Positions 44,503-55,815 are shown, numbered from the stretch's first letter. The stretch is DNA of 64,000 nt from an uncultured Alphaproteobacteria bacterium (GCA_963839185.1 CAWIUD010000009.1:16617-80616), one strand, 5' to 3'. Made by a program: numbers and translations. The notes: generated by a model not told the origin, from the letters alone.

Positions 44503-44638
44503 CCCGCCAAATCCCGCGATCGATATGGTGAAGTGAGCCCCGGCGACCCCCGCAGACCGATTGCCGGCCCTTGCGGAGGGAATGCTAGTCCACCATCGCC
44601 CTGAGTCGCCAGCGGTTTTCTTCAGCGAATCGCGACTT

Positions 44639-45718
44639 TAAGCGGTTTCCGGCCGGGTTGAATTGGCCGGTGTTCCCAACGCGGTGAAAATGTGATTCTT
44701 GAGGTGCGCCGAATCGGAGGCGGCGCGGGATGGGGCCTTTGTCGGTGGATTTGCGCAAGCGGGTGGTTTCGGCGGTTCGCGAGGAAGGCATGAGCTGCCG
44801 TGCGGCGGCGCGGCGGTTCGGGGTGAGCTTCGCCAGCGCGATCCGGTGGGTGGCGGCGTTGCGCGAGCGCGGCAGCTACGCGCCGCTGCCGATGGGCGGC
44901 GACACGCGTTCACAGCGCGTCGAGGCGCACGCGGATTTTCTGCTTGGCCTTCATCGGCGCGAGCCTGACCTTACGCTCAACGAAATCTGCGACCGTCTGG
45001 AGCGTGCGCGAGGCGAGAAGGTGTCGCCGTCGATGATCTGGCGCTTTTTCGACCGCCACGACATCACGTTTAAAAAAAGTCCGCGCACGCGAGCGAGCAG
45101 GACCGCCCGGACGTCCTTGAGCGGCGACGGCGATGGTTCGACGGTCAACTCGACCTCGATCCGCTGAAACTGGTGTTCGTCGATGAGACGGCGGCGACGA
45201 CCAACATGGCGCGCCGCTACGGCCGACGCCGGCGCGGCCAACGTCTGCGCTGCGGCGTTCCGCATGGGCATTATAAAGCGATCACCTTCGTCTTCGGCCT
45301 GCGCCTGAGAGGCGTCGTCGCGCCCAAGGCCTACGACCACGCCATGAACGCCGAGACGTTCGAAGCCTGGCTCGAGCACCATCTCCTGCCGACTTTGGAG
45401 GAGGGCGACATCGTCGTGCTCGACAATCTCAAGGCTCACAAAAGCCCGAGAGTGGCGGAAATCCTGGCCAGGAAAAACTGCACGGTCCGATACCTGCCGC
45501 CCTACAGCCCGGACTTCAACCCCATCGAGATGGCGATTTCCAAACTGAAAAGCGCGCTGCGAAAATTGGCCGAGCGCACCGTCGCCGGCCTTCTCGCCAT
45601 CCTGGAGGGCTGCGCCGGTCTCTTCAAGCCGGCCGAATGCGAAAACTATTTCGAGGCCTGCGGGTATGATCCCGCCGAACTCCCAACCCTCGACACAACC
45701 TGAACGGATTCCGCTCTA
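44639..45718 (+). mobile_element. IS630-family insertion sequence
   Basis: TA at both ends; imperfect IRs TAAGCGGTTTCCGGCCGGGTTG and CAACCTGAACGGATTCCGCTCTA. Confidence 0.88.
44730..45703 (+). CDS. IS630 transposase, two ORFs joined by -1 frameshift at A7G (45072-45079)
   Basis: HTH ORF ending ITFKK; -1 frame gives KSAHASEQDRPDV...LVFVDET...VLDNLKAHK...LPPYSPDFNPIE. Confidence 0.92.
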
Positions 45719-46278
45719 AATCGCAGCCTGAGGGGCCGCGCCGGCTTCAACTGGACCGGGAGGCCGGCCGCGACCAGGATGGCCGCGTCGCAGGCCCGCG
45801 CCGCCTCCTGGTTCGCCCGCCCTTGCCAGTCGCGAAACTCGCGGCCAAGTTTGTGCTCCGGCACAATCCCCATTCCGACTTCGTTGGACACCAGGATGGC
45901 CGGACCTTTAAGCCCCTCGATCGTCCTTGTCAGGCCAGCAATCTCGGACACGAGGTCGCGCCCGGCCATCAAGAGGTTGCTGAGCCAGAGGGTGAGGCAG
46001 TCGACCAGAACGACCCGGCCCGGCCGGGCCTGGAGCGCGAGCGCTTTGGCGAGTTCGAGCGGCTCCTCCAGGACCGTCCAGCCCGCGCCCCGATCGGCCT
46101 GGTGGCGTGCAATGCGGGCCGCCATTTCCGCGTCCCCCGCCGCGGCGGTCGCCAGATAAAGCCTTTCGAGCGCATGCGCTTCGGCAAGCCTTTGCGCATA
46201 GGCGCTTTTCCCCGACCGGGCGCCCCCGATCACGAGGACGCTGCGAGCGCGAACCAGAGCCTGCCCCTTCTGCGCCAT
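45646..46278 (-). CDS. cobU: Bifunctional adenosylcobinamide kinase/guanylyltransferase; C-terminus supplied by IS630
   Basis: GGARSGKS, EMAARIARH, VDCLTLWL, VSNEVGMGIVP. Confidence 0.94.
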   Translation of the reverse strand: MAQKGQALVRARSVLVIGGARSGKSAYAQRLAEAHALERLYLATAAAGDAEMAARIARHQADRGAGWTVLEEPLELAKALALQARPGRVVLVDCLTLWLSNLLMAGRDLVSEIAGLTRTIEGLKGPAILVSNEVGMGIVPEHKLGREFRDWQGRANQEAARACDAAILVAAGLPVQLKPARPLRLRFRAESVQVVSRVGSSAGSYPQASK

Positions 46279-46280
46279 AT

Positions 46281-47365
46281 CTATCCAGTGAAATCGACCG
46301 GGGAGGCCCCCGGATTGCAAATGAGGAAGCGTTCGTTAGGCATCCACCAGACCTCGTCCGGACGGAACCGATCGATGGCCTTCCAGTCGAAGCCGCAGCG
46401 GTCGTGCTCGAGCCAAATGACGCGACCGGCGTGCTGCAGGAGCATTGGGGGGAAATAGGCGCCGGTAAAGGAGTCGCCGAAGATCATCACTGTCGGCCCG
46501 GAGCGGCCGGACGTACGGACGAGATTCGCCGGGAAAACTGGGGTCTGCCTGTCCCGGCGTCAGCGTCAAATTTTCCACCGCCTCCGTCAGGCCTTCGACC
46601 CCGAGCATTCGCGCCAGATCGCCGCTGTGCGGCTGCGGCGGTCCGAGGGCCGACGTGGGATCGATGCGCCAGTCCGGGCGTCCATCAGCTTCGACAATCG
46701 CGTCAAAAGCCGCGAGCCCCCCGCGCGGCGTCCAATGCGTATCATACATGTAGTAGACCGAACCGTCCGACCTGGTTTTCTTCAGGCTCGGCCGCAAGTC
46801 CACCGCACGGACCCCCCGCTCGGCAAGATCGGCCAGGATCAGGTCATATTCGGTCGGCCTGCCGAGATCTTGCGCCCAGTGCGGGAGGTCGTCCTGAAAG
46901 ATCGACGGGGCGTTGGGCGGGATGGCGACCAGAAAGCGGATTTCGCGCGCGGCCAGCGCATGGCTGATCTTGGCGAGCAGATCGGCGGTCTCGGATACTC
47001 GCCGGTCGCGCAGAACGAGCCCGGCGCTCTGACGCACCGTATCTTCTCCGAGATAGAACATCCGTCCGTCGCGTCCGATCAGCACCGAATCGTTGCCCAG
47101 CCCAAGCAGAGGCTTGGTCAGGTCCTTATGCGTCCGGATCAGGACGTGGCGCAGACCGAAATGATCCTGCAGATAGGAATCGATCTCTTTGGAAAACGCC
47201 AACCATTCGGCAGTGGTCTCCGGGGTCTTCGGCGCCGGCGCGAGGTTCCGGCCCTCCTTCAGAAATCGAGGCCCGATCGTCGGGCTGGACGATCCCCACG
47301 GCGAGCGGCGTGGCCAGAAGCAGGAACGCGGCAATCGCGAAATATCGACGGTATCTCTGCAACAT
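46281..47365 (-). CDS. AlgJ/AlgX-like SGNH O-acetyltransferase; frameshifted
   Basis: N-terminal TM, YLQDHFGLR, IGRDGRMFY, DTHWTPRG, GDLARML, FGDSFT, ERF. Confidence 0.85.
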
Positions 47366-47482
47366 GCCGGGTCCGGGCCGCGATCCACCCAGGCCGCTGC
47401 GCGCGCGGCGGCTCCGGCATTGAGACGTTGAAAGCACGGACGGGCTTCTATCCGCTATCCGCGCCATCCGAAAGCGCCGGTC

Positions 47483-48727
47483 TCACCTCCATTCGACCCG
47501 CAGCGACTCGAGCCCATGAAAATGAAACGCGTCGCGATAGCGCGGCGTCTCGGCAAGGCGCAAGCCAGGCAGGCGCCGAAACAGGATCGGCAGCGCGGTC
47601 ATGAGTTCGAGCCGCGCCAGCGGCGCGCCGACGCAGAAATGGATGCCGGCGCCGAACGTGACATGCGGGTTGGAGCCGCGCTCGCAGTCGAGCGCGTCTG
47701 GATCGGGGAAAACGAAGCGGATCGCGGTTGGCGGCGCCGAGCAGGAGGCCGATCTTCTCGCCCTTGCTGAAGCGTCACGCCGGCGATGCTCGACGTCCTC
47801 CAATGCGTAGCGGGTGAAGAGGTGCAGCGGCGGGTCGAGCCGCAGCAGCTCCTCGACCGTCGACGCGACTGCGCGCTCGTCGGCGAACACGCGGCCCGCG
47901 TCGAGACGCTGTTCGAGCATCGCCTTCACGCCATTGCCGATGGCGTGCACCGTCGCCTCGTGGCCGGCGTTGAGCAGCAGCATAACGGTCGAGACGAGTT
48001 CGTCTTCGCTGAGCCTGCCGCCTTCGCTTTCGGCGGTGAGGAGCGCGCTGATGAGATCGTCGCCGAGATCGGCGCGGCGCCTTCGCGCATAGGCGCGCAC
48101 GAAGCCGGCGAATTCGCGCGCCGCCGCCGCCGCGCGCTCCTCGACGCGCGCGGTTGACGCCGAACTGATACATCGCGACCATTTCATGCGACCAATCGAC
48201 GAGCCGGCGCCGCCATTGCGCGCGGGACGCCGAGAAGATCGGCGATGACCGCGACGGGAATCGGCGTCGGCGAATTCGCCGATCAGTTCGGCCGAGCCTC
48301 GATCCTCGAACGCGTCGATCAGCTCATGCGCGAGCGCGGCGATCGCCGGTCCGAGCTTCTCGACCTGGCGGGACACGAACGCGCGATTGACGAGATTGCG
48401 CAATCGCGTGTGCTCGGGCGGCTCGAGTTCCAGGATCGAATGGCGCTCGACGCGCGTCGAACGGCGCGAGGTGAGGCGCGGCGCTCCGGCCAGCCCAGGT
48501 CCGCGCGGGCTCATCACGTGCAGGATTTGCCGGCCGAAGCGGCGGTCGCGGAGGAGCGCCGAGACGTCCGCATGGCTCGCGAAACACCAGAAGCCGTAAT
48601 CCTCCCAGAAGAACGCGGGAGTTTCCGCGCGAATCGCGGCGTAGGCGGGATAGGGATCGTTGAAGAAATCGGCGTCGCGCGGGTTCAAGGAGACGCGGCG
48701 CCGCGCGGCGTCAATGGTGGGATTCAT
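47483..48727 (-). CDS. Cytochrome P450 (internal compensating indels)
   Basis: EPPEHTRLR, NAGHEATV, EELLR, FGAGIHFCVG heme-Cys motif. Confidence 0.94.
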   Translation of the reverse strand: MNPTIDAARRRVSLNPRDADFFNDPYPAYAAIRAETPAFFWEDYGFWCFASHADVSALLRDRRFGRQILHVMSPRGPGLAGAPRLTSRRSTRVERHSILELEPPEHTRLRNLVNRAFVSRQVEKLGPAIAALAHELIDAFEDRGSAELIGEFADADSRRGHRRSSRRPARNGGAGSSIGRMKWSRCISSASTARVEERAAAAAREFAGFVRAYARRRRADLGDDLISALLTAESEGGRLSEDELVSTVMLLLNAGHEATVHAIGNGVKAMLEQRLDAGRVFADERAVASTVEELLRLDPPLHLFTRYALEDVEHRRRDASARARRSASCSAPPTAIRFVFPDPDALDCERGSNPHVTFGAGIHFCVGAPLARLELMTALPILFRRLPGLRLAETPRYRDAFHFHGLESLRVEWR

Positions 48728-48743
48728 GCCGAGCCCTCGCAGA

Positions 48744-48867
48744 CCTCATCCTGAGGCGGGCCCGCGAAGGCGGGGCCCTCGAAGGATGGTCCAGATGGCG
48801 ACGGCGTTCCTGCGGGTGGGATCGGTCCTTCGAGGCGTGCCGCTCCGCATCGCTGCTCAGTATGAGG
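48744..48867. repeat. Alphaproteobacterial intergenic palindromic element (second family)
   Basis: CCTCATCCTGAG...CTCGAAGGA...TCCTTCGAG...CTCAGTATGAGG nested inverted repeats. Confidence 0.72.
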
Positions 48868-48904
48868 CTGGGGGACGGCCGGCGACTCCATATGCGGCTT
48901 GCCC

Positions 48905-49439
48905 TCAGTCCAGCGGATAGGCGGCCTCGACGACATAGGGTCCGCCGCCGGACCCGTCGCGGGCGGAATAGAGCACGAAGCGCTCCGCCGTGAACGCCTC
49001 GACCGCCAGCGCGCCGCGCGTTGCAAGATAGTCGGCGACCGCCGCTGGCGCGACCCCGCGCAGCCGGGCGAGCGTCACGTGCGGCGTATATTTCCGGGTC
49101 TCGGGGGGAACGCCGATGCGCCTCAACTGGCGTTCCTGATGGGCTTGCAGATCCATCAGCGGCGGGTCGGCCTTGACCTTGGCGATGATCGCGCGCGGCT
49201 TCTCGGCGCCGAACCAGCTCAGGCCGTCGAAGCGCACTTCAGCCTTCGGCCGTTGGATGTCGGCGAGCGTCTCGGCGATGTCGCGCGCGAGCCCCGCGTC
49301 GACGTCGCCGACGAAGCGGAGCGTGATGTGATAATTGTCCGGCTCAAGCCATCGCGCTCCGGCGACCCCGCCACGCGCGAGCGAAATCTGGCTGACGACA
49401 GGCTGCCGGCAATTCCAGTCCTGTGAACAGGCGAGGCAT
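48905..49439 (-). CDS. thpR: RNA 2',3'-cyclic phosphodiesterase; indel near 49400
   Basis: MPRLFTGLELP start recovered manually; HITLRF and PHVTLAR 2H motifs. Confidence 0.92.
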
Positions 49440-49562
49440 GAGCCTCTCCACGAAGGACATGCACGACGATAAGCGGCCATCCTTATCATCGCGCGGGCAC
49501 GATTGCGCGGCTCGATGACGGAACAGGGGGGGTGTGGGTCGGAAGCCGGCCCCTCGCGAAAA

Positions 49563-51155
49563 TTACGCTGGCTTACCGCCTTCAGAAATCGCGTGGATCG
49601 ACGCCAATTGGTCCCGAGGCTCCTCGTCTCGCGCGAGCCGATAAAGGTAGGGGGCGAAAAGCCCAGTTCCAAACCCGAGCACGAAGGTGATCAGCAACGG
49701 CAGCCAGGGCAAGCCATGCCCCGCCGTCGAGGGAGTGATGTCGAGCAAATGGATACAGATAAATATGCCGACCGCGCTTGCGGCGCCGCTCAGTAAGCCC
49801 TCTGAGAAGCCGGCGCCGCCAGCCCTCCCCCAAACCTAGGTCCACATCGCAGAGAATCGAAAGGATGAGGCTCGTCGCAAAAGCCATCGGCGCCATGGGC
49901 CTGATGGGATATGTGGCGAAATCCAGTCCCGCGCCGAGGTCGGCGTAGTAAATTGAAAGCGTTGTGCGTTCGATCAGCAGCGAGATGATTGCGGCGACGC
50001 CCGCCCATCCGAGCCATGCCACGTAAGGCGGATTGCCGCGGCTGTCTGGACGGAACTTGCTCCAATGCATCTTCGGTATGATCGCCGCGAGAATTCCGAT
50101 CGTGCGCGTAGTCCCGATGAGGATGGCGTTCACAGTAGGGGAAAGAACATGCGCGTGCTGCGGCGACAAAACGGCGACGACCCCGAGCATCCCGATGATC
50201 ATCATGGCGCCCATGAACAGGAACGGCCCAACCTGCATGTGGGGGCCGGGCTGCGCCGGCGGCGCAAATCCAATCGCCTGCAGCCGATTGCCGATCCGCT
50301 GGTCGGAGCCCTCGACCATGAGAAGAAGTTGCGCGAGGAACTCGGTCGTGTCGCGGTGCATCTTGCGACAGATGTCGCGATAGCATTTCTTTGACTTCGC
50401 GAGGGCCGCCTCGCCCACGGTTCCCTCCAGGGGCGTCAGTTTGTCGAACAGCACGAAAAACGCCTGCAATTCAGCGATGAAAACGCGGAAGTCTTCCTTG
50501 ATCGCGAGCCAAGCGTCTTGCTGCGAGCGGAAAGCGGTTCGATAGGCGGAGTCGTTCTCGAGCTTTTGCAGTTCGACATAAAGGTGCAAGACGCGCGCGA
50601 GGCTGCCGCGCGCGGTTTCGGGCGCCTCGGCGCTACGAATGTCCGCAAGGTCGTCCGGAACCTCCCCCTCGGCCGCTATCCACTCCTGCAACGCGACAAC
50701 GTCCGCCGGAACCAAGTGCAACGCCTGCGGGGTCGAACTCCTGAGCCAGGTTGCGGACGCCGTGCGGGATGCGCCCCCAGATCCGGAAGCGCTCGACCAG
50801 CCACCGGTCCGCTGTGCTGACGATCGGCGTGTTGGGCAGCAAGATGGTCAGAAGCACCGCAGCCAGCACCGGCGGAGAAGTATAATCGCGCGAGGATCTT
50901 CTTCGGTCCTTCGAGGCCAAGAAACAGCCCCACGCCGGGCCTCAACACGACTTCCGAGAGCAAAAAGTACAGCGTGAGGGAGGCGCTGACGTATCCCGCG
51001 CCGGTGAACAGGAAGAGCGACCGAGTGGTCGAGATGCGATTCGTCTGCGGCGTATTGTAGCGATCCCACGCGAGAAACGCGACGATGAAGCCGCAGATCG
51101 CGGTAACGACCAAGTCCGCTGTATTTGGCGATAAATCCCCTACCGAATGATCCAT
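49563..51155 (-). CDS. Large hypothetical polytopic membrane protein; several frameshifts
   Basis: Colinear hydrophobic ORF pieces 50676..51155, 50633..50920, 49582..50721 and 49563..49748; GGAGG RBS before ATG 51155. Confidence 0.6.
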
Positions 51156-51381
51156 CGCGTCCTCCTGCCGAAGAGGCCTCGCTAACGCAATGGGCCACTA
51201 CAGCAGTCGCCCGCGCTCGGCTGTGACGCCGCTCACACTTAACCGCAAGAATGCTTTTAGCCGGCCGCGAGGGGCTCTCAGCGGAGAACGGTCCCTGCGA
51301 AGACCAACATCAATGGAGATGCCAGTCGAGTTCAGACCGCATCCTCCGGACGGCTAGGAAATTTCCCGGCGAGCCCTGCAA

Positions 51382-51474
51382 GCCGCCGCTTTGATCGAGG
51401 CGCCGACCTTGTCCATGATCTCGCCGATGTCTTTCTCGCTGACGATGAGCGGCGGGGTCAATTTGATCGTGTCG
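51382..51474 (-). repeat. Displaced 93-bp diverged copy of the aminotransferase 3' end (54090..54182)
   Basis: Ungapped by-eye alignment with about 10 mismatches; DTIKLTPPLIVSEKDIGEIMDKVGASIKAAA vs DTIELTPPLIVSEKQIGEIMDKVGASIKAAA. Confidence 0.88.
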
Positions 51475-51842
51475 ACCGCAAGTCGCAGCAGCGCGATTGT
51501 TTGTCGAGGCGACTGGGCCGGCGTGAAGTTCCGGGCTGGCCCGAACCGCGCCTCGGAGATCGCCCGCTCAAGGTCGCCTTCGCCATCATGAAGCGTGGCG
51601 TCAGCTTGAAACTTTCGCCAGCGTTTTAAGAAATCCGCCCGATTTTGACCCCCACTTATGTCAACTTGATTTTGACCTCCATGCTGATGTTATCTGGTGC
51701 GTTTTCGATATGCGTCGCGTCGGTTCCGAGGCTAGACCCTGGATTTCTTGAGCCGATTGAAAAAGTTTCTAGTAAATCGAGTATCGACCTTCTGTCAAAC
51801 AGGATCAACGTTGTGTCTGTCTTATTTTCTGGACAATAAATC

Positions 51843-53929
51843 ATGACCTCAATAGCCAGCGCCGCAACCCAAAACCTATCCGGCTATCCACCCTTTCCAC
51901 CATCGTATAAGGCGGTCGCGCTCGGCAAGGGGGTCGATTCGAAATCTCGAGGCCGTGGCTTTAGGGACAGATGGCCGGGTTTACCGGGTCGCATGGCAAT
52001 GCGACCCGACCGGCATCTGGAAGATTATGTACGACAATGATTTGTCGTCTGCGAAAGGACAATATTCGCAGATCGTGATGGCGACCGGCTCCGACAAGGC
52101 GCTCCAGCTCCTCGGCCTGTGTAGCAACTCTTCGGACGGTCAACATCCGAATGAGATTTACCTCATCGCCTACCTAGATGGTCATGGACGTTGGCAAGGC
52201 TCTTCCCGTCGGGTGTCGCCCGGATGGCTGTTCACAAGCTTCCAAGCTGCCTTGGGGACGACAGGGCATCTCGAGGTTGTCGGCTTGCGCTTGGATAAGC
52301 AGCAACGGGCCTTCCTCGCCGCGTATCAGGAAAACTCCGACTGGAAACGGAAGGACGAGAACTTCTCACAACTGTCGACCCGGAGCTATGCCTCGTTCGC
52401 GATGGAAATGGGCTCCGACGGAATCCTTCAAGTGGTCGGAATAGGTAAGGACGATCGTTTCGCCTACCTCGTCACGCAGCAGACAGGTGGCGGCGCCTGG
52501 GTCAGATCGCCGACGACCCCGAACAACGACGGCAACTTAAGACCTGGCGTCACTTTTCAACAAATAGCCATCGGACGCGGCAACGACGGCTCTTTACAAG
52601 TTCTGGGTGTTAGACCTGGTCCGGCAGAAGCACAGGATGGCCTCCAAGTTTGGTTGGCCGGGTTTGAGAAGGATAAGAAATGGCATCCGCCTTATGCTCG
52701 GAATATTGGCAACCTTCGAACATACTGGCAGTTTCAATCCATCGCGACCGGTTCCAGTCCCTACGGCCTTCTTTGCATCGGCCTTGGCAAAGATGGACAA
52801 GCCTATGAAGTTGCCACGCACAATTCAAACGGTTGGTCTCCTCCCGACGGCCAGCATAGCGGTCCAATGGGTGTTGTATACCAGTCAGGGTATTCGACGC
52901 TTCAAATCGGATATTGGAAAAATAATTTTCCCGTCGTGGCGAGTTTGACGTCGGACCTTCCCTACATTGTGGCGTATATGAGGAGCAGCTCGGTTGAGTA
53001 TTTATGGGGTCTAGGCCACTCGCTTTACCCTGGCGACCGCGTCGGGAGTTGGAACTACCGCGTGATCAGCGACGTACAGAGAGTATACAAGAGTGTTCGC
53101 GATGTGCCATGGCGCGAAAACTACGACAACGTCCACCGTTTGAACTTTGGCCTCGTTGGCCATTTTCAGGGAATGGCTAACTATCGCCACTACACGCTTG
53201 TGCCGCATAGCCGACCTGGACTGTCAACTGGCAAGATCGCAATCTTGACGAAATTACCGTCGTTACAGGTTTTGCGGGCTTTCGAGAGCGAGGACGGATA
53301 TAACCATCCTGCGGGCGCGCAAGTCATCGGCGACTACTTCGTAATCGGGGTCGAAAAGTATGATATCGTGCATGATAAAGGATACCAAGGGGTGGTCCAG
53401 TTTTACTGGCTAGGCTGCATGACGAATGAGAGTGGAGCGGATCCGCAGTTGCTGAAGCTTCAGGTCCCTCAAGGTGAAAAAGGCGCCCGGCGCCGTTGGG
53501 ATCACGGATGTCGGGTCGGGTTGGGAAAGGCGGCATATACTCGCCGTATATGACGATGGTGCGGTCAATATTTACCGTTCTAACGGCCGCATGTTCGAGG
53601 ATCCGCAGTGTAAATTCGATTTACTGTTCAACAAACGACTTGGCAAGCACGGCGCCGATAATATTTTTCTTATAACAGAAAGGGGATCTGAAACGATTTA
53701 CTTGATATCGCTCACCAACAAGGACTTAAAAAACCTTGCTGACTTGTATCTTGTGGATTTGAAAGGCGAAGACGTATCCTGCGTAGCAACTCCCGAGAAA
53801 TGCACACGTCGCTGGGATTCCGCGCAGCTGCGGGGGCGGAATCCCTTGACGGCGGTCTGCATTTCTACTGCACCGAGCGAAATCTCACAGTCTTTGAAAT
53901 CCTACTTGGAGGTCGACAACTTCACATAA
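51843..53929 (+). CDS. AT-richer hypothetical protein with seven propeller-type repeats plus a second beta-rich domain; two frameshifts
   Basis: ORFs 51843.., 51955..53553 and 53474..53929 join. Repeat unit [YF]xx[IF]xxxxGxDGxLQVxG.xxDxxxYxxxxQ...W. Confidence 0.7.
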
Positions 53930-54085
53930 TTTAGGGATCGGGACCCACCGGAATTTTGGATCGGGACCACCGGCGTTTTTCCCCTATGGCGCGCGGGGCG
54001 CGACCCGCCATGCGGCCCTTCACGCCAGAGGGCGCAGGGGACCGCCGCTCCGGAAGGGTTCGCGTCGGCCGAGGCCCGCCCTCGC

Positions 54086-55438
54086 TCACGCCGCCGCTTT
54101 GATCGACGCCCCGACCTTGTCCATGATCTCGCCGATCTGCTTCTCGCTGACGATCAAGGGCGGGGTCAGTTCGATCGTGTCGCCGGACGGGCGGATCATG
54201 ACGCCGGCTTCGAAGAACGAATGTTCAAGCGCCCGGTAGCCGCGCATGCCGGGACTCCCGGCGATCGGCGCGAGATCGATCGCGCCGGTCAGGCCGACGC
54301 AGCGGATGTCGACGACGTTGGGCAGGCCCTTCAGGGTCATCATCGCGTCGTACCACTTCGGCTCGAGCGCCTTGCTGCGATCGAACAGCCGCTCGTCGCG
54401 ATAGAGGTCGAGCGTCGCCAGCGCCGCGGCGCACGCCAGCGGATGGCCGGAATAAGTATAGCCGTGGAAAAGCTCGATCGCGTGCTCAGGCCCCTGCATG
54501 AACGCGTCATAGACGTGCTTGCGTGCGATCACGCCGCCCATCGGCACCGTGCCCGACGTCACGCCCTTGGCGAAAGTGATCATGTCGGGAATGACCCCGT
54601 AACGCTCGGCGGCGAACGGGAAGCCGAGGCGCCCGAAGCCGGTGATCACCTCGTCAAAGATCAGCAGAATCCCGTACTTGTCGCAAATCTCGCGCAGGCG
54701 CTTCAAATAGCCCTTGGGCGCCGGCAGCACGCCGGTCGAGCCGGCCATCGGCTCGACGATCACCGCGGCGATGGTCGAAGCGTCGTGCAGGCCGACGATC
54801 CCTTCCAGCGCGTCGGCGAGATGGCCGCCCCACTCCGGCTCGCCCTTGGTGAACGCCTGATGCTCGCGATTGTAGGTCGCTGGCAAATGGTCGACGCCGG
54901 CGAGCAATGAGCCGAAGAACTTGCGGTTGTTGACCATGCCGCCGACCGAGATGCCGCCGAAGCCGACGCCATGATAGCCGCGCTCGCGGCCGATCAGGCG
55001 CTGGCGCGATCCGGCCCCGCGCACATTGTGATAGGCGATGGCGATCTTGAGCGCCGTATCGGCGGCCTCGGAGCCGGAGTTGCAGAAGAACACGTGGTCG
55101 AGATCGCCGGGCGCGAGCTCGGCGATCCGCGCCGAGAGCTGGAACGCCAGCGGATGGGCGAACTGGAAGGTCGGCGTGAAGTCGAGCTCGGCCGCCTGGC
55201 GCTGGATGGCGGCGACGATCGTCGGGCGGTTGTGTCCCGCGTTGCAGCACCACAGGCCCGCCGTCGCGTCGAGGATTTCGCGCCCCTCGGGCGTGAAGTA
55301 ATGCATGTCCTTCGAGCGCGAAATGAGTCGCGGACGCTTCTTGAATGCGCGATTGGGGGTGAACGGCAGCCAGAAGGCGGCCAGATCGTTGGGAACGTCG
55401 GCGCGAACAGGCGGCTCGGCTGTGGCGAGCGACATCAT
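54086..55438 (-). CDS. Omega-amino acid/beta-alanine:pyruvate aminotransferase (class III)
   Basis: FWLPFTPNRAFK, AGLWCCNAGH, NSGSEA, GYHGVGFGG, FDEVITGFGRLG, FAKGVT, HGYTYSGHP. Confidence 0.94.
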   Translation of the reverse strand: MMSLATAEPPVRADVPNDLAAFWLPFTPNRAFKKRPRLISRSKDMHYFTPEGREILDATAGLWCCNAGHNRPTIVAAIQRQAAELDFTPTFQFAHPLAFQLSARIAELAPGDLDHVFFCNSGSEAADTALKIAIAYHNVRGAGSRQRLIGRERGYHGVGFGGISVGGMVNNRKFFGSLLAGVDHLPATYNREHQAFTKGEPEWGGHLADALEGIVGLHDASTIAAVIVEPMAGSTGVLPAPKGYLKRLREICDKYGILLIFDEVITGFGRLGFPFAAERYGVIPDMITFAKGVTSGTVPMGGVIARKHVYDAFMQGPEHAIELFHGYTYSGHPLACAAALATLDLYRDERLFDRSKALEPKWYDAMMTLKGLPNVVDIRCVGLTGAIDLAPIAGSPGMRGYRALEHSFFEAGVMIRPSGDTIELTPPLIVSEKQIGEIMDKVGASIKAAA

Positions 55439-55543
55439 TGGGCTCCATGGGCGATCAGGTTTCGCCGGACGATGCCAGCCGCGCCCAGTTTTGTCCAGTT
55501 TTCGCTGTGCGGGCCGCCGCCTCCGTCACCCCGTCAATTGGCT

Positions 55544-55815
55544 TTAAGCCTGGGACGTCTTCGACCGGCCCTTGCTCTTACGGGCGCCGGCTTTCCCACG
55601 CAGCTGACCCAGTCCGATCTTCTTCGCCAGCGCCGATCGCTGCGCCGCGTAGTTGGGCGCGACCATCGGATAGTCCGACGGCAGGTTCCATTTCTGGCGA
55701 TATTGCTCGGGCGTCATGCCGAGGATGCCCTGAAAATGCCGTCGCAGGGATTTGTCTTGTTTGCCGTCCTCCAGACAGTCTCCCAAGCCGATCAAATAGC
55801 CCCGCCGGGTCGCTG
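55544..55815 (-). pseudogene. mucR: Ros/MucR regulator, C-terminal fragment
   Basis: [14 protein letters not shown]...[38 protein letters not shown]. Confidence 0.88.

Noticed and set aside
48905-49672. Apparent N-terminal fusion on ThpR (255-aa ORF)
   Set aside because: The true start MPRLFTGLELP at 49439 is in another frame; the extension is an indel artefact.
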